DNA from: Candidatus Cloacimonadales bacterium
Lineage (GTDB): Bacteria; Cloacimonadota; Cloacimonadia; Cloacimonadales; JAIOQZ01
Reading direction: 5' to 3'
NCBI GenBank assembly: GCA_963665815.1
Contig: OY762463.1
Span: 864,001 to 928,000 of the forward strand
Length of the DNA stretch: 64,000 nucleotides
Made by a program: the position numbers and the translations under genes. Shown in pieces: positions 39,028 through 49,882 of this stretch; the first letter of the stretch is position 1; each line of letters begins with the position of its first letter. Below the pieces are notes generated by a model. The model saw only the letters and a program-made list of their open reading frames with translations, had not been told where the DNA came from and did no database searches.

Positions 39028-39750
39028 ATGAAAATTAAAACTAAGAGAAAAGGATTTATCTTCATACTAATGTTGTTCTCAATATGCTTATTGATTGCTG
39101 AAAGCCCTGTTGCCATAACACTTAAAGCGAAAGGTGATGTTACACTTGAAAGAGATAAAAAAGTTTCAGATCTTAAGAGCGGTACCCCACTTCAAAACAA
39201 TGACTATCTGGAAAGTAAGGACAATTCTTACGCTGCATTCAGATTTGTTGATGGAAATTCATTGATGAAACTTTTCCCTAACAGTACTCTTCAGGTAAAA
39301 ACTGAAAAAGTAAATGGTGAACTCAATAAAAAGACATATCTCAAATCAGGTAGTGTTTTTTCAAAAATATCCAAAAAGAAAGGTGACTTCTCAATTGAAA
39401 CACCTTCAACAGTTGCTAGTGTAAAAGGAACAAAATGGTTCTACAAAACAACTCAAGGTGGTGATTACATAATTACTTTCACCGGAGTTGTTGAATTTAC
39501 AAATAAAGGCGATAACAAATCCGTTTTCGTTAAAGCAGGAGAGATTGGATATTCAAGAGGATCCGGAGAAATTGAAGTAAGAACATTCAACCCGGCTGAT
39601 CTTGATGAAACTGATGAAGATCTCAAGGAAATCAAAGATTACATGGAAGATGATGAACTTCTTGGAACTGATTCAAGAAATGATGTACTTGAAATAGTCT
39701 TCACAGATGAAGATGGAAATACAAAAAAACTTAAAGTAAACCTTCAGTAG
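39028..39750 (+). CDS. FecR-domain exported protein
   Basis: F.DGNS..KLFPNS and FSIETPSTVASVKGT motifs. Confidence 0.85.
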   Translation: MKIKTKRKGFIFILMLFSICLLIAESPVAITLKAKGDVTLERDKKVSDLKSGTPLQNNDYLESKDNSYAAFRFVDGNSLMKLFPNSTLQVKTEKVNGELNKKTYLKSGSVFSKISKKKGDFSIETPSTVASVKGTKWFYKTTQGGDYIITFTGVVEFTNKGDNKSVFVKAGEIGYSRGSGEIEVRTFNPADLDETDEDLKEIKDYMEDDELLGTDSRNDVLEIVFTDEDGNTKKLKVNLQ

Positions 39751-39805
39751 ATGATACAATTTGTATCATCTGCTGTTCTTTTAAATACGTAAAAACGAGG
39801 AAAAT

Positions 39806-42259
39806 ATGAATAAAATTTCGGTGGTTTTAATATTCATTCTACTTGCAGGCTTTGCACACGCAGAAGTTATTCTTCAGCACAACACACCGGCAGGCATCAA
39901 AAAAGGACATGAGATTAATCTCAGTGTTGATGTTCAGCTTGGTTTTGATGAGATTGAAGATGTAACAGTCTTCTACAGACCGACAGGCGATATTACATAT
40001 ATAACAGAACTTATGGTTAACACAGGTGAATCTGATCCTGTATACAGAGTGCAGCTTCCTGATAATGTTGACAAAGGAAACGGTGTTGAGTATTATTTCG
40101 AAGCCCGGCTTAAAAACAACACTGTAAAAACTCTTCCTGAAAATCAACCCGGCATTAATCCTTACAGACTTCACAAAACAGAAAAATCCGTTACACCATC
40201 ATCAAACTTTGTAAGACTCAGTCCTGAGTTCAATACAATAGAAGCAGATGATGAACTTGTAATTGCAATTTCTACTTATACTATTGAAAACAAGATTCAG
40301 GACGGATCAGTAAAAATCATGTTTGATAATAAGGATATGACTAAAAAAGCTTATATCTCTCCAAACATGGTAGTTCTTACACTTGACAATCCTTCTGCCG
40401 GGACACACTCATTTCAAGTAACCGCAGAACTTAAAAACGGAAAGAAAATTCTTTCCAGACAGTGGATTGTTTCCGTGAAATCAGATTACGATTTCAAAAT
40501 GCCTTATAACATTTCAGGTAATGTAAAATTTAAATCAAATACATTTTCACGTTCTGCAGATGATTCCGAATTGGAATCAAGCAAAAAATCTGCAACCGTA
40601 TCAACCCATATTCAGTCATATTACAAGAAAACTATGTTCTATACAGATATGACTTTCTCATCCAAAGAGTCTTCTAAAAAGCAATCTGTTAACAGATTCA
40701 CACTTGGTCTGAACGTTCCTCATCTGGAACTTAAATTTGGTGATTACAGTCCTTCTTACTCTAACTTCATTATGAGTTCAATAAATGTAAGAGGTTTTCA
40801 CTCAAAATTCTTCACCCGTAAATTCAGATTCATGCTTAACTATGGTAAATCCAAACGTGCAATTGACTCTGAAGTTCATACAATAGATGAAGCATCATTC
40901 GTCTCAAATGCTGGGGAATTTGAAAGAAATACTTTGGGTGCAAGAGTTGAAGTAGGTGATTATGACGGTTTCTTCTGGGGATTCAGTTTTGTTAAAAACA
41001 AAGATGATGTTGAATCACTTGATGAAAATAACTATATGAATATCTCAATTGAAGGTGATAACACTATTGAAAACAGAGTTTTCACTCCAAAAGATAACTT
41101 TGTAGTCGGTGGTGACCTCCATATGAATCTGTGGCAGAAACGTTTCAAAGTTGGTACAGAAATAGCCATCAGTCTTTATAATAATGATATTATTGATGGT
41201 GTTATGGAAAAAGATACTCTTATTGATAAATATGATATTGATCCGCCTATCGATCCTAAAGACTGGGAAGATATCATTGTAATTAATCCAAACCTCGAAC
41301 CGTTAAAACCTGGAGATGCTAACATTGCTCTCAGAGGATATGCAAATCTTTTTGTTTTCAGAAATCAGATTATGGCATCTTACTCTGAAATAGGTTCAAG
41401 CTTCCGATCATTATCTGCTGGTTCTTTGCAACAGGACTTCAGATCAATAAGTTTAAGTGATAATGTTTCTCTTCTGGAAAACCAGATATTCTTCAATGGT
41501 GGAGTCACCATTACATCAGATAATCTGGAGAAACAAAGAACTCATACAAACACATCAACAAGTATATTCAGTACAATGAATATGAGATTCCAAAACATGC
41601 CTACACTATCATTAACATATAATAATACAGGTACAACAAGTGAAGAAGATGAAGCTCTTGGAGACTCTGTTAGCGTCAGTGCTGCTGACACATATAACCC
41701 GGAAGTTGATATGGACTTCAGTACTATCACTACAAGACTGGCATATAATGTTAAACAGATTAATGCAGCACCAACTACCTTCAGTATCGGTTACAGCATG
41801 TCCAATAGTGTAGATAATCAAAATAATTATTTTGATAACAGTTCAAACTCAATAACTTTCGGAGCAAACTCAGTTTTCAGAGATTTCCCGTTAACTACTA
41901 CATTCACTTATACATTCTATGAAACTGATGAAAAATTTATTGCCGTTCCGGATTCAACAGATTCTGATGAATTGACTTTCAATAAAAGTTCGAGAAACTA
42001 CAATTCTATTTATTTCAAGTCAGCTTACGATATGATGCAGCATAAAGTTAAACCTTACGCCAGCATCAAGTATACAAAACATGGTGGAGATACTGATTCG
42101 CAAAGTCTTATCTACTTCAACACAGGCGTTGTATATAGACCATACAAACCTCTGTCAATGTCTACATCAATAGGATTGAACAGTTATGCCAATGATGATA
42201 GTGATAATGCAGATTATTCATCATTCAGCTGGCGATTTAATTTAACATATAATTTCTGA
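39806..42259 (+). CDS. Putative outer-membrane beta-barrel protein with periplasmic N-terminal domains
   Basis: Signal peptide, amphipathic strands, C-terminal WRFNLTYNF beta-signal. Confidence 0.75.
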   Translation: MNKISVVLIFILLAGFAHAEVILQHNTPAGIKKGHEINLSVDVQLGFDEIEDVTVFYRPTGDITYITELMVNTGESDPVYRVQLPDNVDKGNGVEYYFEARLKNNTVKTLPENQPGINPYRLHKTEKSVTPSSNFVRLSPEFNTIEADDELVIAISTYTIENKIQDGSVKIMFDNKDMTKKAYISPNMVVLTLDNPSAGTHSFQVTAELKNGKKILSRQWIVSVKSDYDFKMPYNISGNVKFKSNTFSRSADDSELESSKKSATVSTHIQSYYKKTMFYTDMTFSSKESSKKQSVNRFTLGLNVPHLELKFGDYSPSYSNFIMSSINVRGFHSKFFTRKFRFMLNYGKSKRAIDSEVHTIDEASFVSNAGEFERNTLGARVEVGDYDGFFWGFSFVKNKDDVESLDENNYMNISIEGDNTIENRVFTPKDNFVVGGDLHMNLWQKRFKVGTEIAISLYNNDIIDGVMEKDTLIDKYDIDPPIDPKDWEDIIVINPNLEPLKPGDANIALRGYANLFVFRNQIMASYSEIGSSFRSLSAGSLQQDFRSISLSDNVSLLENQIFFNGGVTITSDNLEKQRTHTNTSTSIFSTMNMRFQNMPTLSLTYNNTGTTSEEDEALGDSVSVSAADTYNPEVDMDFSTITTRLAYNVKQINAAPTTFSIGYSMSNSVDNQNNYFDNSSNSITFGANSVFRDFPLTTTFTYTFYETDEKFIAVPDSTDSDELTFNKSSRNYNSIYFKSAYDMMQHKVKPYASIKYTKHGGDTDSQSLIYFNTGVVYRPYKPLSMSTSIGLNSYANDDSDNADYSSFSWRFNLTYNF

Positions 42260-42276
42260 TAAGGAAATTAATATAC

Positions 42277-42308
42277 AAGGGTTTGCTTCAGCAAACCCTT
42301 TATTTTTT
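42277..42308 (+). terminator. Hairpin / terminator
   Basis: AAGGGTTTGC-TTCA-GCAAACCCTT followed by a T-rich tail. Confidence 0.65.
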
Positions 42309-42316
42309 GAGGATTT

Positions 42317-44206
42317 ATGAAGTATCTTGTACATTTGATTATTCCAATTATTCTTTTTGTCGGCTGTATAACAATATTTCAGCTTGAGTTCTGGCATCAA
42401 CTTGAAAGAAAAGCATATGATAGTCTTTTCCAATTGAGAGGTCCGAAGAAAGTATCCGAAGATATTGTTATTGTAGCCCTTGACGATGATACATTTTCTA
42501 CCCTTGATATGCAGTGGCCATTCCCTCGCGAACTCCATGCCAGACTTATTGACAACCTGGAAACAGCCGGAGCAAGACAAATAATATTTGATATTGAATT
42601 TACGGAGAGCTCAAATTCAATATCTGATAGTATTCTTGCGGAAACTGCTGCAAAATATGACAACATTATTTTTGCCGGCAAAATACTCAAAGATTACTCA
42701 AACAGATATGTCAGAGAACAGCTTCTTGATCCTGTTGATGCTATATCAATGAAAAAGCTTCCATGGGGACTTGTAAATATGTACATTGACTCCGATGGCT
42801 TTGTTAGACAATACAATCTAGAAATGACCTATGGTAAGGAAAGTTATCACACACTTGGTATTGTATCACTGGCAATGGAAAATAACAATTCAAGATTCAG
42901 CCGATCTACAATAAGTAAAACCTTGAAAGAGTTTATCATAAATTCCAACAAAAAAGATAAATTGACCGGAGAAATTCGAATTCCCCGCTTCAAAGAGCAG
43001 ACGGCGCTGATAAACTTTTACGGTCCTGCCAGATCATTCCCGACATTTTCTTATGCAAATGTAGTAGATGACAGTACCTATGAAGTACCTACAATAGATT
43101 TTGATGCATTCAATGAGCATCTCGCAGCCGGAACATTTAAAGATAAGATAGTACTTGTTGGGGCAACAATCGAAGAACTGCACGATACTTTTAACACTCC
43201 TTATATGAGAATGCATAACCTGACTCCGGGAGTGGAAATACATGCAAACTTCATTGAGATGTGCAAAAACAGGGATTTTCTGTATTCTCCAAACATCTTT
43301 TTACTGTTGTTTGTTCAACTCATATTCTCAATTGCTGCCTATATATTGTTCCTGAAGATAAAACCGAATATCAGCTTTATATTCCTTTTACTGCTCATGG
43401 GAGGCTCACTTTACGGTGCATATTACGCATTTGCTGAAAAAAGCTTTGTATTCCCTGTACTTGAGACTCCTGCATTGATTTTCGTTATTTATGTTGTTAC
43501 ACTTGTTGTGCAATATATAAGAAGCCTGAAAGAAAGAAGATTTATAAAACACGCATTCCAGCAATATATAGCACCGGATCTTGTTGATGAGCTTCTTAAG
43601 AATCCGGGTAATCTTGAGTATGGTGGATCCCTTAGAGAATTGTCCGTATTATTTTCCGATATCAGATCTTTTACTACTTATACTGAAAGTCACAGTCCAA
43701 AAGAAACAGTGACACAGCTCAGGGAATATCTGACTGCGATGGTAGAAATTATCTTAAGGCATTCGGGAACACTGGACAAATTTGTAGGGGATGAAATAAT
43801 GGCATTGTTCGGAGCACCGGTTGATCTGGAAAACCATGCTCTTTCTGCTTGTAAGGTTGCTCTTGAAATGCGGGAGAAATTGACTCTTCTTCAAGAAAAA
43901 TGGAGAAGCGAAGGCAAAGATATTTTCGAGATAGGCATAGGTGTTAACAGTGGATTCGCCACAGTTGGGAATCTGGGTTCAGAGCAGATTTTTGATTATA
44001 CTGCAATTGGAGACTGTATAAATCTCGGTGCTCGTCTGGAAGCAATAAACAAACAATATTCTACACAGAAAAAAATTATTATAAGTGAATTCACTTATGA
44101 GATTGTGAAAGATGATATTATTGCGGAATATCTTGATGAAGTACAGGTGAAAGGTAAAAATCAATTTGTCAAGATATACCAATTGATCGGACTAAAACAG
44201 ATTTAA
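42317..44206 (+). CDS. CHASE2-domain class III adenylate cyclase
   Basis: WPFPR, PGVEIHA, three TM segments, FSDIRSFT, DKFVGD and DYTAIGD..NLGARLE motifs. Confidence 0.95.
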   Translation: MKYLVHLIIPIILFVGCITIFQLEFWHQLERKAYDSLFQLRGPKKVSEDIVIVALDDDTFSTLDMQWPFPRELHARLIDNLETAGARQIIFDIEFTESSNSISDSILAETAAKYDNIIFAGKILKDYSNRYVREQLLDPVDAISMKKLPWGLVNMYIDSDGFVRQYNLEMTYGKESYHTLGIVSLAMENNNSRFSRSTISKTLKEFIINSNKKDKLTGEIRIPRFKEQTALINFYGPARSFPTFSYANVVDDSTYEVPTIDFDAFNEHLAAGTFKDKIVLVGATIEELHDTFNTPYMRMHNLTPGVEIHANFIEMCKNRDFLYSPNIFLLLFVQLIFSIAAYILFLKIKPNISFIFLLLLMGGSLYGAYYAFAEKSFVFPVLETPALIFVIYVVTLVVQYIRSLKERRFIKHAFQQYIAPDLVDELLKNPGNLEYGGSLRELSVLFSDIRSFTTYTESHSPKETVTQLREYLTAMVEIILRHSGTLDKFVGDEIMALFGAPVDLENHALSACKVALEMREKLTLLQEKWRSEGKDIFEIGIGVNSGFATVGNLGSEQIFDYTAIGDCINLGARLEAINKQYSTQKKIIISEFTYEIVKDDIIAEYLDEVQVKGKNQFVKIYQLIGLKQI

Positions 44207-44215
44207 GGAAAATCA

Positions 44216-44734
44216 ATGAAAATAGAAGATAAGATAAAAGACGTTGAAACCATGAAAACTCTGCTGAAAAATTGCAGAGAAAACAGAAAGATAGTATTCA
44301 CAAACGGCTGTTTTGATATTCTGCATGCCGGTCATGTCCAGTATCTTGAAGATGCAAAAGCATGTGGTGATGTGCTTATTCTGGGATTGAACTCCGATGC
44401 ATCAGTCAGAAGACTTAAAGGTCCGACACGACCTGTAAACAGTGAAAGCGACAGGGCTTTTGTTCTTGCAGGATTGAGATCTGTTGATTATGTTGTAATC
44501 TTTGAAGAGGATACACCGATGAGTTTGATTAATGAGCTCATACCTGATGTACTTGTTAAAGGTGGAGACTGGGCCATAAAAGATATTGTTGGAGCAGAGA
44601 CTGTAATTGGAAACGGAGGCGAAGTAAAATCTCTCTCATTCAGAGATGGACTTTCTACAACAAATGTTATAGACAAAATAATGAGTATTTCTAATATTGA
44701 AAACAATTCAAAATCCAGCGTCAGGGAGAATTAA
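44216..44734 (+). CDS. rfaE2: Heptose-1-phosphate adenylyltransferase
   Basis: [24 protein letters not shown] and VKGGDW motifs. Confidence 0.95.
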   Translation: MKIEDKIKDVETMKTLLKNCRENRKIVFTNGCFDILHAGHVQYLEDAKACGDVLILGLNSDASVRRLKGPTRPVNSESDRAFVLAGLRSVDYVVIFEEDTPMSLINELIPDVLVKGGDWAIKDIVGAETVIGNGGEVKSLSFRDGLSTTNVIDKIMSISNIENNSKSSVREN

Positions 44735-45168
44735 TGTCAGAACATAATACAGAAGACAGAGCAGTTGTTAAGGAAGTGAGAGGAAAGAAAGTAATTCTGG
44801 AAACAATGAAATCAGGAGCTTGTGACAGTTGTGCAGCACATGCACTTTGTGCCGGACAGGACAGATGCGTTGAAATTGTTACAGAATCGGATATTCCTTT
44901 AAAGAAAGGAGACATTGTAAACATTGAGATATCAGCGGGAATCAAACTGTTTTCTTCATTCATAATCTTTGTATTTCCAATACTGGTAATGTTTGCTGCA
45001 TATTTCATTTCGAAAATGTTGTTATCACTTAGTGAGAATTTTTCTGTTCTAATTACAATATTAAGTCTTTTACCCAGTATTGTTATCATTAGAATACTGG
45101 ATAAAAAATATGCAAAGAAAGTACATTTCGAAATTATTAAAAAAATTGGTGAAGAGGACGCACAATGA
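44734..45168 (+). CDS. RseC/MucC family membrane protein
   Basis: ACDSC...C motif followed by two TM helices. Confidence 0.85.
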   Translation: MSEHNTEDRAVVKEVRGKKVILETMKSGACDSCAAHALCAGQDRCVEIVTESDIPLKKGDIVNIEISAGIKLFSSFIIFVFPILVMFAAYFISKMLLSLSENFSVLITILSLLPSIVIIRILDKKYAKKVHFEIIKKIGEEDAQ

Positions 45169-45524
45169 AAGCAGTTTTGCATGATATGATTTTTTACGGA
45201 TTCCATGGAGTACATCCTGAAGAAAGAACACTGGGACAAAGATTTATTGTTACAATATCCTTCGAAAGTGATCATTCAAAGGATCAACAGATCAGACACT
45301 TGCATGATACTGTTGATTATTCCAGAGTCTATGCTGATGTAAAACACATTATGGAAAAGAAGCAATTCGAACTGCTTGAAGCTTGTGCAAATGACATACT
45401 TGATGAACTCTTACAGAATTACCCAAAAATTGAATCTGCTGAGGTTTCGATTAAAAAGCCGTCAGTTCCGTTGAACGGTCCACTTAATTCTGTTGAGGTC
45501 GTTATGAAGAGAAGCAGAAAATGA
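45165..45524 (+). CDS. folB: Dihydroneopterin aldolase
   Basis: FYGFHGV..EE..LGQRF, TVDY and LLE motifs. Confidence 0.96.
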   Translation: MKAVLHDMIFYGFHGVHPEERTLGQRFIVTISFESDHSKDQQIRHLHDTVDYSRVYADVKHIMEKKQFELLEACANDILDELLQNYPKIESAEVSIKKPSVPLNGPLNSVEVVMKRSRK

Positions 45525-45985
45525 CAAACACAGTTATATTAGGTTTGGGTTCAAACCTTGGAGATAGAGAGAGTAATATTCAATTTGCTTTAGAAAAGCT
45601 TGAAAACTACGGCTCTGAAATACTCAGTACAAGTAAGATAATTGAGACAGAACCTTATGGGTTTACAGATCAACCAGAATTCCTTAATTGTGCGGCAATC
45701 ATAAAAACTTGTAAACCCCCTCTGGAATTACTTGATACATGCAAACGCATAGAAACAGAAGTCGGTAGAATTAAGACTGTTCATTGGGGACCTCGAGTTA
45801 TTGATCTTGATATCCTTTTTTACAATGATATTGTGATGCAGCATGATCGTTTAACGATCCCCCACCCTGAGCTTCATAAACGTAAATTTGTTCTTGATTC
45901 TCTCCTGGAAATATGTCCAAATATGATGCATCCTGTGCTCAAAACAACAATAAGAAATATATATAATGAGTTCAAAGCTTACTGA
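45521..45985 (+). CDS. folK: 6-hydroxymethyl-7,8-dihydropterin pyrophosphokinase
   Basis: LGSNLGDR, WGPRVIDLDIL and LTIPHP motifs. Confidence 0.97.
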   Translation: MTNTVILGLGSNLGDRESNIQFALEKLENYGSEILSTSKIIETEPYGFTDQPEFLNCAAIIKTCKPPLELLDTCKRIETEVGRIKTVHWGPRVIDLDILFYNDIVMQHDRLTIPHPELHKRKFVLDSLLEICPNMMHPVLKTTIRNIYNEFKAY

Positions 45986-46091
45986 TAAATAATACTGTTA
46001 TGACATTGTAAAAAGTACAGAATAAAAAAAAATCTGATCTAAGGAAGAAAAAACTTGCATTATCAATACATAATATCGTAAAATATCAATT

Positions 46092-46733
46092 ATGAAAAGA
46101 TTTAAAAAGTTGTTCCCTTTTATTGAAAACATACTTGAGTCAAGATTACCCCGGAATCTTACTTATCATAATAAAGAGCATACATTGATTTATGTTCTTG
46201 ATGCTGTTGACAGGCTTGCTGTTTCTGAAAAAGTTAATGAAAATGATCACGAGTTGCTTCTCGTAAGTGTTCTTTTTCATGATGTAGGTTATGTTTTCAA
46301 AATGGAAGAGCATGAGAAAACGGGAATTAACTTTGCCAGAGAAATATTGCCTGATTACGGTTTCTCCGTTTCAGAAATAGATAAAGTAGCAGACATTATT
46401 CAATCAACAAAAGTTGAAATAGTTAATGGACTTCCTTTGCAGCACCCGGGAGATAATGTACTATTCAAAATAATGTGCGATGCTGATCTCGACAGTCTGG
46501 GAAGAGAAGATTATCCTCAGAGATCATGGGCGCTTTATACAGAGAATACTAATCTTGGAGCAACAATTGATCTGAAAGACTGGTGGAAAGGGCAATGGAT
46601 TTTCCTGAATCGTCATGAGTACTTTACAGAATCCAACATTGAATTCCGCAAAGAAGGCAAGAAAAAAAATCTCGAATATATAAAAGCAAAATTAGATGAA
46701 CTTGGTATAAATATATCAGATATCTCTGTTTAG
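46092..46733 (+). CDS. HD-domain phosphohydrolase
   Basis: YHN..HT, FHDVG, HE and DADL motifs. Confidence 0.88.
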   Translation: MKRFKKLFPFIENILESRLPRNLTYHNKEHTLIYVLDAVDRLAVSEKVNENDHELLLVSVLFHDVGYVFKMEEHEKTGINFAREILPDYGFSVSEIDKVADIIQSTKVEIVNGLPLQHPGDNVLFKIMCDADLDSLGREDYPQRSWALYTENTNLGATIDLKDWWKGQWIFLNRHEYFTESNIEFRKEGKKKNLEYIKAKLDELGINISDISV

Positions 46734-46739
46734 CAAAAA

Positions 46740-48107
46740 CTACTTATTCCAAATTCCTTTTGCAGTACCTCTATACAACTTATAACACTGAATCGGTGCA
46801 AGAACAGGACCAAAGAAATTACATATAATCGTCGATATTATTAGTGCTTCCGGTCCCATACCAAAATTTCTTATAAGAATATGTGCAACAGGTAGGAATA
46901 GTGCAGCTCCTATTAATGCAGAAACAAATTGAAGTCTGAGCTTACCTGTACTGTTAACAATAATTGAGAAAATTCCACCAAAACTGAAGATTGAGTAGTT
47001 AAGGAATTGCAGAAAATTCATTTTGAATCCTACTGTAGCTTCTCCATCCAACCAGAAATTGTATATCCAGGGTGCAGCAATCAGGACACCTCCGCTTATG
47101 AAAACTGCAATCACCCATATTGACATTTGAATACTAAAAATCTTTTTAATCCTTGCATTGTCTTTTACAGTCCAAGCTCTTGTAAGATATGGCCATACTG
47201 TGTTTTGGATTATTGAACCAAGAAATGCAATAGTGGAAAACAGCTTTCTTGAGAGAGAATACTGCACAACATTTTTAGCGCCAAAATAGTGAGCTATTAC
47301 AAAGGAACTCACTTGATAAAGTATGATACCTGCTATTTTTACGAAAAAGAAATTTATACTTAATCCAATCAGACTTTTTGCCTTTTTCATATCAATATAT
47401 CTGAACGAGGGAGCTATATTTCTATATTTCGAGCTGAAAAGGATGACTGAAGCTAACAAAAACACAAGAAGAGGAACAACACTCATTATCGATGCAAATG
47501 CCATCAGATTGAACTGGAAAAACTTGCTTCCGATACCTATCACAACCAATACAAACACATTTGATATCGGATCCAGAGCAGAACCTATAGCCGGATTAAG
47601 TTCAGCAGCAGTAACATTTATAATAAGCTGAAGTAAAAACCTTATGAAGAAACAACTGAATATTATATTTGATACTGCAGTCAGTTCATTTATTGGTATA
47701 TCTGTCTTGAGTATCTTTTGCCAATCAAGGAAATAATTTGAAGACAGAAAAATGATCAACAGTGAAAATGATATAATCCCAATTATAAAATATGTTGTAC
47801 TTACCAGAATCTTCCCCAGTTCTACATCTTTCTTTTCTAATGCTTCAGCCAGTTTGTTCTTTAATCCGTTGCCAAGACCTATTTCAAAGAAAGTAATCCA
47901 CTGAAACATTGAAAGGAATGTAAGCCATACTCCATATTCAGAATCTTCGAGTATTTTAAGAGAAATCCTGTATAAGAGCAAGCCTGAAACTATACTGACA
48001 CCTTTTGTAAATAGATTCATCACAAAATTAAAATGTATTGTGTTGGTTTTGGTGTAATTAGACAGTTTCACGAACTCTTTTACAGATCCAAATTTATTTG
48101 ATAACAA
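46740..48107 (-). CDS. Wzx/MATE-type polysaccharide flippase
   Basis: Many TM helices; YGVWLT and EIGLGNGLKNKL motifs. Confidence 0.85.
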   Translation of the reverse strand: MLSNKFGSVKEFVKLSNYTKTNTIHFNFVMNLFTKGVSIVSGLLLYRISLKILEDSEYGVWLTFLSMFQWITFFEIGLGNGLKNKLAEALEKKDVELGKILVSTTYFIIGIISFSLLIIFLSSNYFLDWQKILKTDIPINELTAVSNIIFSCFFIRFLLQLIINVTAAELNPAIGSALDPISNVFVLVVIGIGSKFFQFNLMAFASIMSVVPLLVFLLASVILFSSKYRNIAPSFRYIDMKKAKSLIGLSINFFFVKIAGIILYQVSSFVIAHYFGAKNVVQYSLSRKLFSTIAFLGSIIQNTVWPYLTRAWTVKDNARIKKIFSIQMSIWVIAVFISGGVLIAAPWIYNFWLDGEATVGFKMNFLQFLNYSIFSFGGIFSIIVNSTGKLRLQFVSALIGAALFLPVAHILIRNFGMGPEALIISTIICNFFGPVLAPIQCYKLYRGTAKGIWNK

Positions 48108-48212
48108 TAGAAATCTCCATTATAATATTTAAGTTTTAAATCAATCTCATCGTGTTTATTGTCAAGACAAATGAAACTTCTTTAAAACTATCAGGAATTA
48201 GTATGAATAAGT

Positions 48213-49145
48213 TTAATCTAATCGATCATAATACTTCAGAACTACTAAAGCTCTCAAAGTATTCCATCTGCTCTCCTGACCGGTTTGCTCCATATCAAAA
48301 TGAACTTCTCCCTTTATCTTATGCTGTAAGGGCCAAAAACCACTCTTTTTCCTTTTATTGAGCAGTAAATCCAGTGCATCCTCCATCCGTGGATCATACT
48401 TCAATCCAACTTCAACAAAATAGAACAAACACCTCAGGAAATTATAATACCAGCGAGCAGGGAATGACAGCATCTTGAAACTACTCTTGATATCCTTACC
48501 GGTTTTATCCGATTTGTACAGTCTATGCATCAGAAGAAACTCATGAGCCTGATCCCTGAGAATTATTAACTCATCTGATCTGTATGTATAGCCATTTACA
48601 AGATATTCATGAATCCCTTCCAGTACACTGATTGTTGTATGTATAGAGCTGTGAATAGCTCCAGTACGCCACTTACAATTCCAACCACCATCCTGAAAAT
48701 GTTTATCTATAATGTAGTCGACAATCTCTTTTATCTTTTCGGATTCTGTATTGCAATAGCAGCATATTCTAAGCAACATCCCGGAAATACACATATCCAG
48801 CATTCTGTCTTTGCTTCCCATACCATTGTTGTACCATAAAGCATTGAGTAGTTTTACAGCACTTTCTCTGTATTCAGGAGTCTCCGGGTGAATCTCAAGA
48901 TCTCTCAGTTCCAGCATTGTATAGTGGGTTGAACGCCACTTTGGAGTATACCAGCCTCCTCCCCACTTTCCAGTTTCAGGGTCTCTGAGCTCCAGAAACG
49001 CCTTTCCCCAGCCTTCTGAGGATATTCTTTTCTGTAGGCTATCAAGTTTTTCCATGGTGGATTTCAGCAGGTACTTCTCTGTCTGATACCGGATAGAAAT
49101 GTCGCCTTCCTGAAGCCATTTTAGTATTTCATTGTAGTTTAACAT
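48213..49145 (-). CDS. Conserved hypothetical alpha/alpha-barrel (prenyltransferase-like) protein
   Basis: DGGWNC, FPARWYY and SRWNTLRAL motifs. Confidence 0.65.
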   Translation of the reverse strand: MLNYNEILKWLQEGDISIRYQTEKYLLKSTMEKLDSLQKRISSEGWGKAFLELRDPETGKWGGGWYTPKWRSTHYTMLELRDLEIHPETPEYRESAVKLLNALWYNNGMGSKDRMLDMCISGMLLRICCYCNTESEKIKEIVDYIIDKHFQDGGWNCKWRTGAIHSSIHTTISVLEGIHEYLVNGYTYRSDELIILRDQAHEFLLMHRLYKSDKTGKDIKSSFKMLSFPARWYYNFLRCLFYFVEVGLKYDPRMEDALDLLLNKRKKSGFWPLQHKIKGEVHFDMEQTGQESRWNTLRALVVLKYYDRLD

Positions 49146-49354
49146 AGGTGTTCCTTGAATTATTCTGTTTATTTTGCTAATATATATTATATCTATTCTA
49201 ATTTTACATAACAGTACTTTTATTCAAGAAATATTTTAATTAACAGTAATCACAACTTGACTTTTTTTTCAGTGATTCAAAATCTTAACATGTTTTATAT
49301 TTCGTGTTGACAACCTGATCAGAATCATTTAGAAGCATTAATTTATGAAAAGGA

Positions 49355-49882
49355 ATGAAAAATGAAAGAAGTAAAAAATTGAATTTGCATGAATTAGATA
49401 GTCTTCACTCAATTTTATCAAAACGTTATCCATTTTCATTTACAACCGACATTGGATTCCCAACATCAAAAAATCCAAATAATAATATTTTTCTTGATAT
49501 TGACGAAATTAATAGAAATGGTAAGATAATAAATATGACCAAGCAACAAAGTGATAGTGCCGAGACCAACTCATGTATGGATATCAGCCGCTGTAGAGGT
49601 GGAATTGATATGGTAACCCTTACATACGACAGAAAATTGAAAATATGTAACAGTGCTTTAGATTCTGAATTTTACTGGCATAACGAAGTATCAGCAGAAA
49701 ATTTTTACGATCTCTGGTTAAATCCCACTAACAATATAAAAGAAATGAGAAGTGAACGTATTACTGATATCGAAAATTGCAAAACTTACAGCAAACTATC
49801 TAATTGCCTACCTGTTAATTGCCGAGTATTAGCAAGAATATATACAGGAAGCCACTATAACCATAACCCTTTAAGCTGTTGA
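49355..49882 (+). pseudogene. Orphan SPASM domain (truncated radical SAM maturase)
   Basis: CRGG..VTLTYD..LKIC and C-x2-(Y)-x5-C-x4-CR...C; no CxxxCxxC radical SAM core. Confidence 0.6.

Noticed and set aside
39749-39771. Palindrome AGATGATACAATTTGTATCATCT as a repeat family or terminator
   Set aside because: Single copy, AT-rich, with no adjacent U-tract; at most an mRNA-stabilising hairpin
44721-45275. 184-aa minus-strand ORF
   Set aside because: Antisense shadow of the rseC-like gene and folB
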